In this document: one piece after another, positions 32,101 through 42,471 of the stretch
Layout of the letters: each line of letters starts with the position of its first letter
Position numbering within the stretch: the first letter of the stretch is position 1
Origin: Macrostomum lignano
Taxonomy: Eukaryota
NCBI GenBank assembly: GCA_002269645.1
Contig: NIVC01003509.1
Location: 1-42,471, forward strand
DNA length: 42,471 nucleotides
Direction of reading: 5' to 3'
Program-made: the position numbers and the translations under genes
The notes under the pieces: model-generated
Told to the model about the DNA's origin: nothing
The model's input: only the letters and a program-made list of their open reading frames with translations
Database searches by the model: none

Positions 32101-35100
32101 GCATCCATGATAGGCTAGATTAGCAATCCATTCTATTCCTGCATCCATGATAGGCTAGATTAGCAATCCATTCTATTCCTGCACCATGATAGGCTAGATT
32201 AGCAATCCATTCTATTCCTGCACCATGATAGGCTAGATTAGCAATCCATTCTATTCCTGCACCATGATAGGCTAGATTAGCAATCCATTCTATTCCTGCA
32301 TCCATGATAGGCTAGATTAGCAATCCATTCTATTCCTGCATCCATGATAGGCTAGATTAGCAATCCATTCTATTCCTGCACCATGATAGGCTAGATTAGC
32401 AATCCATTCTATTCCTGCACCATGATAGGCTAGATTAGCAATCCATTCTATTCCTGCACCATGATAGGCTAGATTAGCAATCCATTCTATTCCTGCACCA
32501 TGATAGGCTAGATTAGCAATCCATTCTATTCCTGCATCCATGATAGGCTAGATTAGCAATCCATTCTATTCCTGCATCCATGATAGGCTAGATTAGCAAT
32601 CCATTCTATTCCTGCATCCATGATAGGCTAGATTAGCAATCCATTCTATTCCTGCATCCATGATAGGCTAGATTAGCAATCCATTCTATTCCTGCATCCA
32701 TGATAGGCTAGATTAGCAATCCATTCTATTCCTGCATCCATGATAGGCTAGATTAGCAATCCATTCTATTCCTGCCCATGATAGGCTAGATTAGCAATCC
32801 ATTCTATTCCTGCACCCATGATAGGCTAGATTAGCAATCCATTCTATTCCTGCACCCATGATAGGCTAGATTAGCAATCCATTCTATTCCTGCACCCATG
32901 ATAGGCTAGATTAGCAATCCATTCTATTCCTGCACCCATGATAGGCTAGATTAGCAATCCATTCTATTCCTGCACCCATGATAGGCTAGATTAGCAATCC
33001 ATTCTATTCCTGCACCCATGATAGGCTAGATTAGCAATCCATTCTATTCCTGCATCCATGATAGGCTAGATTAGCAATCCATTCTATTCCTGCATCCATG
33101 ATAGGCTAGATTAGCAATCCATTCTATTCCTGCATCCATGATAGGCTAGATTAGCAATCCATTCTATTCCTGCATCCATGATAGGCTAGATTAGCAATCC
33201 ATTCTATTCCTGCATCCATGATAGGCTAGATTAGCAATCCATTCTATTCCTGCATCCATGATAGGCTAGATTAGCAATCCATTCTATTCCTGCATCCATG
33301 ATAGGCTAGATTAGCAATCCATTCTATTCCTGCATCCATGATAGGCTAGATTAGCAATCCATTCTATTCCTGCATCCATGATAGGCTAGATTAGCAATCC
33401 ATTCTATTCCTGCCCATGATAGGCTAGATTAGCAATCCATTCTATTCCTGCATCCATGATAGGCTAGATTAGCAATCCATTCTATTCCTGCATCCATGAT
33501 AGGCTAGATTAGCAATCCATTCTATTCCTGCACCATGATAGGCTAGATTAGCAATCCATTCTATTCCTGCACCATGATAGGCTAGATTAGCAATCCATTC
33601 TATTCCTGCACCATGATAGGCTAGATTAGCAATCCATTCTATTCCTGCACCCATGATAGGCTAGATTAGCAATCCATTCTATTCCTGCATCCATGATAGG
33701 CTAGATTAGCAATCCATTCTATTCCTGCATCCATGATAGGCTAGATTAGCAATCCATTCTATTCCTGCATCCATGATAGGCTAGATTAGCAATCCATTCT
33801 ATTCCTGCATCCATGATAGGCTAGATTAGCAATCCATTCTATTCCTGCATCCATGATAGGCTAGATTAGCAATCCATTCTATTCCTGCATCCATGATAGG
33901 CTAGATTAGCAATCCATTCTATTCCTGCACCCATGATAGGCTAGATTAGCAATCCATTCTATTCCTGCACCCATGATAGGCTAGATTAGCAATCCATTCT
34001 ATTCCTGCACCCATGATAGGCTAGATTAGCAATCCATTCTATTCCTGCACCCATGATAGGCTAGATTAGCAATCCATTCTATTCCTGCACCCATGATAGG
34101 CTAGATTAGCAATCCATTCTATTCCTGCATCCATGATAGGCTAGATTAGCAATCCATTCTATTCCTGCATCCATGATAGGCTAGATTAGCAATCCATTCT
34201 ATTCCTGCATCCATGATAGGCTAGATTAGCAATCCATTCTATTCCTGCATCCATGATAGGCTAGATTAGCAATCCATTCTATTCCTGCATCCATGATAGG
34301 CTAGATTAGCAATCCATTCTATTCCTGCATCCATGATAGGCTAGATTAGCAATCCATTCTATTCCTGCATCCATGATAGGCTAGATTAGCAATCCATTCT
34401 ATTCCTGCATCCATGATAGGCTAGATTAGCAATCCATTCTATTCCTGCATCCATGATAGGCTAGATTAGCAATCCATTCTATTCCTGCATCCATGATAGG
34501 CTAGATTAGCAATCCATTCTATTCCTGCATCCATGATAGGCTAGATTAGCAATCCATTCTATTCCTGCATCCATGATAGGCTAGATTAGCAATCCATTCT
34601 ATTCCTGCATCCATGATAGGCTAGATTAGCAATCCATTCTATTCCTGCATCCATGATAGGCTAGATTAGCAATCCATTCTATTCCTGCATCCATGATAGG
34701 CTAGATTAGCAATCCATTCTATTCCTGCATCCATGATAGGCTAGATTAGCAATCCATTCTATTCCTGCATCCATGATAGGCTAGATTAGCAATCCATTCT
34801 ATTCCTGCATCCATGATAGGCTAGATTAGCAATCCATTCTATTCCTGCTCATGATAGGCTAGATTAGCAATCCATTCTATTCCTGCATCCATGATAGGCT
34901 AGATTAGCAATCCATTCTATTCCTGCACCATGATAGGCTAGATTAGCAATCCATTCTATTCCTGCACCCATGATAGGCTAGATTAGCAATCCATTCTATT
35001 CCTGCATCCATGATAGGCTAGATTAGCAATCCATTCTATTCCTGCACCATGATAGGCTAGATTAGCAATCCATTCTATTCCTGCACCATGATAGGCTAGA

Positions 35101-36907
35101 TTAGCAATCCATTCTATTCCTGCACCATGATAGGCTAGATTAGCAATCCATTCTATTCCTGCACCATGATAGGCTAGATTAGCAATCCATTCTATTCCTG
35201 CACCCATGATAGGCTAGATTAGCAATCCATTCTATTCCTGCACCCATGATAGGCTAGATTAGCAATCCATTCTATTCCTGCACCATGATAGGCTAGATTA
35301 GCAATCCATTCTATTCCTGCACCCATGATAGGCTAGATTAGCAATCCATTCTATTCCTGCACCATGATAGGCTAGATTAGCAATCCATTCTATTCCTGCA
35401 TCCATGATAGGCTAGATTAGCAATCCATTCTATTCCTGCATCCATGATAGGCTAGATTAGCAATCCATTCTATTCCTGCACCCATGATAGGCTAGATTAG
35501 CAATCCATTCTATTCCTGCATCCATGATAGGCTAGATTAGCAATCCATTCTATTCCTGCATCCATGATAGGCTAGATTAGCAATCCATTCTATTCCTGCA
35601 TCCATGATAGGCTAGATTAGCAATCCATTCTATTCCTGCACCCATGATAGGCTAGATTAGCAATCCATTCTATTCCTGCATCCATGATAGGCTAGATTAG
35701 CAATCCATTCTATTCCTGCATCCATGATAGGCTAGATTAGCAATCCATTCTATTCCTGCATCCATGATAGGCTAGATTAGCAATCCATTCTATTCCTGCA
35801 TCCATGATAGGCTAGATTAGCAATCCATTCTATTCCTGCATCCATGATAGGCTAGATTAGCAATCCATTCTATTCCTGCATCCATGATAGGCTAGATTAG
35901 CAATCCATTCTATTCCTGCATCCATGATAGGCTAGATTAGCAATCCATTCTATTCCTGCATCCATGATAGGCTAGATTAGCAATCCATTCTATTCCTGCA
36001 TCCATGATAGGCTAGATTAGCAATCCATTCTATTCCTGCATCCATGATAGGCTAGATTAGCAATCCATTCTATTCCTGCATCCATGATAGGCTAGATTAG
36101 CAATCCATTCTATTCCTGCATCCATGATAGGCTAGATTAGCAATCCATTCTATTCCTGCATCCATGATAGGCTAGATTAGCAATCCATTCTATTCCTGCA
36201 TCCATGATAGGCTAGATTAGCAATCCATTCTATTCCTGCACCCATGATAGGCTAGATTAGCAATCCATTATATTCCTGCACCCATGATAGGCTAGATTAG
36301 CAATCCATTCTATTCCTGCACCCATGATAGGCTAGATTAGCAATCCATTCTATTCCTGCACCCATGATAGGCTAGATTAGCAATCCATTATATTCCTGCA
36401 CCCATGATAGGCTAGATTAGCAATCCATTATATTCCTGCACCCATGATAGGCTAGATTAGCAATCCATTCTATTCCTGCAACCATGATAGGCTAGATTAG
36501 CAATCCATTCTATTCCAGCACCATGATAGGCTAGATTAGCAATCCATTCTATTCCTGCAACCATGATAGGCTAGATTAGCAATCCATTCTATTCCTGCAC
36601 CCATGATAGGCTAGATTAGCAATCCATTCTATTCCTGCATCCATGATAGGCTAGATTAGCAATCCATTCTATTCCTGCACCCATGATAGGCTAGATTAGC
36701 AATCCATTATATTCCTGCACCCATGATAGGCTAGATTAGCAATCCATTCTATTCCTGCATCCATGATAGGCTAGATTAGCAATCCATTCTATTCCTGCAT
36801 TTATGTAGGCTAGATTAGCAATCCATTCTATTCCTGCATCCATGTAGGCTAGATTAGCAATCCATTCTATTCCTGCATCCATGATAGGCTAGATTAGCAA
36901 TCCATTC
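29135..36907. repeat. 40-bp satellite (ctattcctgcatccatgataggctagattagcaatccatt), ~7.8 kb, ~195 units
   Basis: Period 40 (lines repeat every 120 nt). Variation is largely confined to one site (atcc/accc/acc); variant units cluster at the edges. Confidence 0.99.
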
Positions 36908-37904
36908 AATGACTGAATACATGCAGAATACAATAATCTTTTAATAAGCCGCGCCTAAACCAGATTCGAGAAGCTGCCATGCTTCTGAAGCACTTCAGAA
37001 GAGGCCGGATGCACAGCGGGACACAACAAAAAGCCTTCCTTATTTACCTAATTGGCCTCGGCCGCCCTCTCCAGACTCAAGACCGGTCTCCAATCACGCA
37101 TAAAAAATAAAATTCCTCAAAAAGCGATCTTAAATTAAACTCTGCCGTCTCCTCCCCACCCTCCGCCCGTCACCCGGCTGAAGCGGGATGAGCAATTACG
37201 ATCGCGCAGATCCCCCGCCCAGCCATAGCAGAATTCATTTCATAACTGGCAGTTTATTATTTAAGAAAAACAGCCAGCAGGAAACGCGAAATTCGAGCGA
37301 GGATTTTTGGCTACTGGGGCCGGCCCGACACAGCAGGCTTATCGCTAATGCGCCACAGGGGAATTTAGAACTTAGTTATAATACGCTCGTATGAGAGCCT
37401 GCCTCTCAGGCGGTCTTTTAATGCCATCGGAACAGGGATTAGCATGGCATGGCGTCAAGTTTTTATAGCGAAGCTTTGGCTTAATCTAGACAGAAATCTT
37501 AATGAGCAGCCGGGTCTATGCTTACTTGGAAAGGCGCTTCGCTTTGCTCTGCCTAATAAGAAGATTAATTCACAGTTGAACCACTGAGAGGAGTCGAACC
37601 CCGTGACGATAATTCTCTGCCTACTTTCAACTAGGCCTAGTTAAAAATATAAAATTATGCTTTTGGCTGAAGGTCCGCCACGGTATTGCAAGTGTCAGGC
37701 AGAATTGCCTGGTGGGAATAGAAACAGGAGGAGAATTATCAGAGGGAATCTTCCCCTGGACATAAACACGGGCTATTGCCAAATAGGGAATCCTATCAAT
37801 GCCATACAGATGTGTCAGGGGGAATCCTGTGCTACAGTAAAGACTGGGGTATTGCCATGGCCCATGGGGAATATTCTCTTGACAAAAGGACCGGGGCGTT
37901 GCCA

Positions 37905-38735
37905 GGGGGAATTTTCTGCTGGCAAAAAAGACGGGGTGTCAGGGGGAATTTTCTGCTGGAAACAAGACGGTGTCAGGGGGAATTTTCTGCTGGCAAAAGA
38001 CGGGGTGTCAGGGGGGAATTCTATGCTGGCAAAAAGACGGGGTGTCAGGGGGGGGAATTCTATGCTGGCAAAAAGACGGTGTCAGGGGGAATTCTATGCT
38101 GGCAAAAAGACGGTGTCAGGGGGGGAATTCTATGCTGGCAAAAAGACGGTGTCAGGGGAAATTCTATGCTGGCAAAAAGACGGGGTGTCAGGGGGAGATT
38201 CTATGCTGGCAAAAAGACGGGGTGTCAGGGGGGAATTCTATGCTGGCAAAAAGACGGTGTCAGGGGGAATTCTATGCTTGCAAAAAGACGGGGTGTCAGG
38301 GGGGGGGAATTCTATGCTGGCAAAAAGACGGTGTCAGGGGGAATTCTATGCTGGCAAAAAGACGGGGTGTCAGGGGGGGGAATTCTATGCTGGCAAAAAG
38401 ACGGTGTCAGGGGAAATTCTATGCTGGCAAAAAGACGGGGTGTCAGGGGGAGATTCTATGCTGGCAAAAAGACGGGGTGTCAGGGGGGGAATTCTATGCT
38501 GGCAAAAAGACGGTGTCAGGGGGAATTCTATGCTTGCAAAAAGACGGGGTGTCAGGGGGGGGGAATTCTATGCTGGCAAAAAGACGGTGTCAGGGGGAAT
38601 TCTATGCTGGCAAAAAGACGGGGTGTCAGGGGGGGATTCTATGCTGGCAAAAAGACGGGGTGTCAGGGGGGGAATTCTATGCTGGCAAAAAAGACGATGT
38701 CAGAGGGAATTCTCTGCTGGCAAAAAGACGGGTGT
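37905..38735. repeat. ~31-37-bp minisatellite (ggggaattctatgctggcaaaaagacggtgtca)
   Basis: About 24 copies with variable G/A homopolymer lengths; explains three overlapping long ORFs. Confidence 0.96.
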
Positions 38736-39049
38736 CTGGGATAATTTTCACCTGGCATAAATACCGGGGGAACTGTCTGGGGGAATCACATCCTAGCATA
38801 AAGACTGCTGCGGGGATTTTCATAGGGAATTCTCTACAATAAAAGACTCTGTAGGAAAAACTGTTACAGAGGAAATTGTAAAGATCACTAAAAGAGAGTG
38901 CATCATGGTGCGGTGTTAAATTTCCTAATTATTTAGACATACAAGAGTCCTCCGCCTTGGGGCAAGAGTCCAGGTTAGGGCTGCAGTAGGAAAAACTTTC
39001 GCATCATATCCTGTCTTGCCCCATGCTGATAATGGGCAGTTAATGGAAA

Positions 39050-39900
39050 GTGGGACGCAGAAGAGCGGCGGCTCGCACAAAAATTCACTTCGAAGACGCA
39101 GCGAAATGCGATTTGCGACCGGCGCCGCCCCCCCCCCGCTGGCTCCCGGGCATCTCCGACCAGCAGACGAAAGTCGGCGAGGCGGCGCCGCAGGGGAGGC
39201 CCGGGCCTCAATTTTTCCCGATTAGATATTCCGGCGCTCCTCTCTGGCCCGCCCGCCATCATTTTCATGACTACCGGGGCTCCCAGAAGACTCTCCCCCC
39301 CCAGCGGTGTCCACTCCGCCCTCCTGTCCGGGCCGCCACTTTTTCCTTCATTTTATCGAATTACGCGGCGCATGAGGGCGCCCGGGCAGCGGCGGTTGCT
39401 CAACTAATTTTACACTTTGCGATGGAGGAAAGACCGGAGAGGCGGCGGCCCCCGGAGCTGACGAAATGAGACCGGGGGAGAAAATGGGATAGGCAGGCAG
39501 GGGTGCGCTAAACTTTTCCAGCTGAGAGAGACTTTGCCATTCGAATAGGCAGGCGCCCAGGTCGAGAGAAGAGGCAGCAGTAGCAAAGCGATGAAGCCCG
39601 CGCGTCCCAGCTTCCCGACTGACTGGCGGTTAATCAGCAATTGGGGGGGGGGGGAATTTTACTCCCCAGCCCGCTTGAGCCTCTCAACTGGGACAAGCTG
39701 AGTGAGAGTGAAAGAGAAAAGAAGAGGTGGAGAAGGCAAAGTGGGAGGCAGGGAAAGGGCGATTGAGTGGGCGCTCTGAGGGGATTAAGAGGCTGCGTTC
39801 GCCCACCCCTCTGCTCAGCAGGCGGAATCCCCATAGCACGGGAACCCCGACAGCCCCCCCCCCGCTGGTTGACTGACTGGCACACAGAAAGACAGCGGGG
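39050..39900. promoter_or_regulatory. GC/CpG-rich non-coding island, possible promoter or 5' region
   Basis: CpG-dense unique sequence without a convincing spliced ORF, upstream of the minus-strand cluster. Confidence 0.25.
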
Positions 39901-40835
39901 AGAATTCTCCCTATCTCTAATCTCTTCCCTTTAGTAGGAAAAGAAGCAGCGGAATTGCCAAAGACAAAAGTCCCCATGCGGTGGATGAATTCATGCCGGC
40001 GGACGGGGAACCGATACAAACGGATAGGGGATAGAGAGGATTAATCAATATGACGAAGACTCAAGCAACTTAATTAGCATACATTAAGTTTGGTAGCGGG
40101 CCACCCATGCCAGAGCCGGCAACCCTGTGGCATGATCAGCAGCGCTAAACTAAATAAAATGACCCCGGGGGTAGGCAGGCGAGGGCATAACTAATGAGGA
40201 TGAAAGATTAAACAGCTCAGGCCATTTAGAAAACTCATCACGCTCACACAGAGATAGGATGCAGTGTTTGATCACAGTGTTGGAGTGTTGGACAGCGGCA
40301 ATGGACAGTCTATAATACTCAACTGATGAAGAGGTTAGAGGCTCAAATTCTCGCCAAGCTCAGCTCACAGCAGCCCATACAGCAGCTTAACTTTACACAG
40401 CTATAAAGTCGGTGTGAAAAAAGAAGCAAGGTGAGAGAAAACACTTCAAACAATAAGAGCATGAGCAATAGGGGCCTGGGTTTAGGCCCAGTGCGGCCTG
40501 CTCGTGTGCTCAGTACAGCTGCTTCATTTATTATCGCGTCCCGACACGATAAACTGCGGGGCTCTGCGACAACCGGCCAGAGAAGCACAATCTCCCTCAC
40601 CTGACAGCAGTTTACACAATAAGCAACTTGCAACAAAGGGGCTCAGGGAAGCCAGGGTTAGTCTGTGTAAATTACCGATGCACAACAAACTGGTAGCTAG
40701 AAAATATAAAATGGACATCTGCACACTCAATGAGAGCAGAGGGCATGTACATGAGCAATGTATGTACAGTGGAAGGGTGGCCTGTGAGTCTTCTTTGCGA
40801 AAGATAATTGAACTGTCTGTTTAGCCTATAATAGA

Positions 40836-42125
40836 TTCTCCGTGGCTTACTGGAGATTCTCCGTGGCTTACTGGGAGATTCTCTGTGGCTTAAGGGGGCG
40901 ATTCTCTGTGGCTTAATGGGAGATTCTCTGTTGCCTAATGGGCGATTCTCTGTGGCTTAATGGGAGATTCTCTGTAGCTTAAGGGGGCGATTCTCTGTGG
41001 CTCAGGCTTAAGGGAGATTCTCTGTGGCTTAATGGGAGATTCTCTGTGGCTTAAGGGGAGATTCTCTGTGGCTTAAGGGGAGATTCTCTGTGGCTTAATG
41101 GGAGATTCTCTGTGGCTTAATGGGAGATTCTCTGTAGCTTAAGGGGCGATTCTCTGTGGCTCAGGCTTAAGGGGAGATTCTCTGTGGCTTAAGGGAGATT
41201 CTCTGTGGCTTAATGGGAGATTCTCTGTGGCTTAAGGGGAGATTCTCTGTGCTTAAGGGGAGATTCTCTGTGGCTTAATGGGAGATTCTCTGAGGCTTAA
41301 TGGGAGATTCTCTGTGATTTAATGGGAGATTCTCCGTGGCTTACTGGGAGATTCTCTGTAGCTTAAGGGGGCGATTCTCTGTGGCTTAGGCTTAAGGGGA
41401 GATTCTCTGTGGCTTAAGGGGAGATTCTCTGAGGCTTAATGGAGATTCTCTGTTGCCTAATGGGGCGATTCTCTGTGGCTTAAGGGGAGATTCTCTGTGG
41501 CTTAAGGGGCGATTCTCTGTGGCTTAATGGGAGATTCTCTGTAGCTTAAGGGGGCGATTCTCTGTGGCTTAAGGGGAGATTCTCTGTGGCTTAAGGGCGA
41601 TTCTCTGTGGCTTAATGAGATTCTCTGTAGCTTAAGGGGGCGATTCTCTGTGCTCAGGCTTAAGGGGAGATTCTCTGTGGCTTAATGGGAGATTCTCTGT
41701 GGCTTAATGGGAGATTCTCTGTGGCTTAATGGGAGATTCTCTGTGGCTTAATGGGAGATTCTCTGAGGCTTAATGGGAGATTATCTGTGGCTTAATGGGA
41801 GATTCTCTGAGGCTTAATGGGAGATTCTCTGTGATTTAATGGGAGATTCTCCGTGCTTACTGGGAGATTCTCTGTAGCTTAAGGGGGCGATTCTCTGTGG
41901 CTTAGGCTTAAGGGAGATTCTCTGTGGCTTAATGGGAGATTCTCTGTGTTTAAGGGGAGATTCTCTGAGGCTTAATGGGAGATTCTCTGTGGTTTAAGGG
42001 GAGATTCTCTGAGGCTTAATGGGAGATTCTCTGTGGTTTAAGGGGAGATTCTCTGTGGCTTAATGGGAGATTCTCTGTGGTTTAAGGGGAGATTTTCTGT
42101 GGCTTAAGGGGAGATTTTCTGTAGC
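40836..42125. repeat. 22-23-bp minisatellite (ggcttaatgggagattctctgt)
   Basis: About 57 copies. Confidence 0.96.
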
Positions 42126-42471
42126 AGATTTTATACCATAATCCCATCGTTCTGCAATCCGTCTACATCAAAATTAGCCCGATGTACGAAGGAGGCGAGA
42201 TTGGTGCAACGAGGCAGATGAAAACACGAATTAAATGAATACAGCAGTTGCAGCAGCAAAGTAAATTGGGTTTTACACTGGGAAGCTTCTTCTAAAGAGT
42301 TTCTTGCTTGACAACAATTAGATTATCGGAGAACTCCTAACGACAGAGATTATCCGGAAAGATAATAATAAGTGTCCCTATGCCGGCAGGCCTGAGACTA
42401 TAATACAATCGATCTATCGGATTAGGGAAAAGGGCGAATGAATTACCACGCGCCGCCAGCGAGTCCAGCTT

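Noticed and set aside
29135-36907. CRISPR array (regular ~40-bp repeats)
   Set aside because: Units are head-to-tail with no unique spacers, no cas genes, and the context is eukaryotic. The same applies to all other arrays.
37657-38842. Three overlapping long ORFs (290-367 aa)
   Set aside because: All frames are open only because the minisatellite unit lacks stop codons; no homology or splice support.
39410-39640. Signal-peptide-like minus-strand ORF (GFIALLLLPLLSTWAPAYS)
   Set aside because: No in-frame ATG or supporting splice structure; hydrophobic run probably fortuitous.

Overview
Eukaryotic (animal) genomic DNA with spliceosomal introns. GC-rich, low-complexity-prone coding exons and introns/spacers packed with 17-40 bp minisatellites suggest a free-living flatworm such as Macrostomum (inference from style only). 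Four conserved housekeeping genes lie head-to-tail on the minus strand: DNAJC22/wurst (4 exons, 24992->19315, 390 aa), MRPL38 (4 exons, 15426->9735, 434 aa), EIF3J (1 exon, 8973->8203) and TIMM13 (1 exon, 6198->5881). I built their exon chains by hand; GT-AG sites and phases are consistent. Each start codon has a YAG acceptor within about 25 nt upstream, and I found no upstream exon, which suggests an SL trans-spliced operon. A probable 3' end of a convergent plus-strand gene lies at about 4.4-4.9 kb. Mobile DNA absent from the ORF track: a 788-bp solo LTR with a 4-bp TSD inside an intronic minisatellite, a Harbinger-like MITE, two foldback elements with related CATGCGCAA-type termini, and a frameshifted THAP-domain relic. 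About 20 tandem arrays cover roughly half the window, including a ~7.8-kb 40-bp satellite and a 34-bp array with a 1140-bp internal duplication. Most long ORFs in the supplied track are repeat artefacts. No CRISPR array, rRNA or intact tRNA was found.
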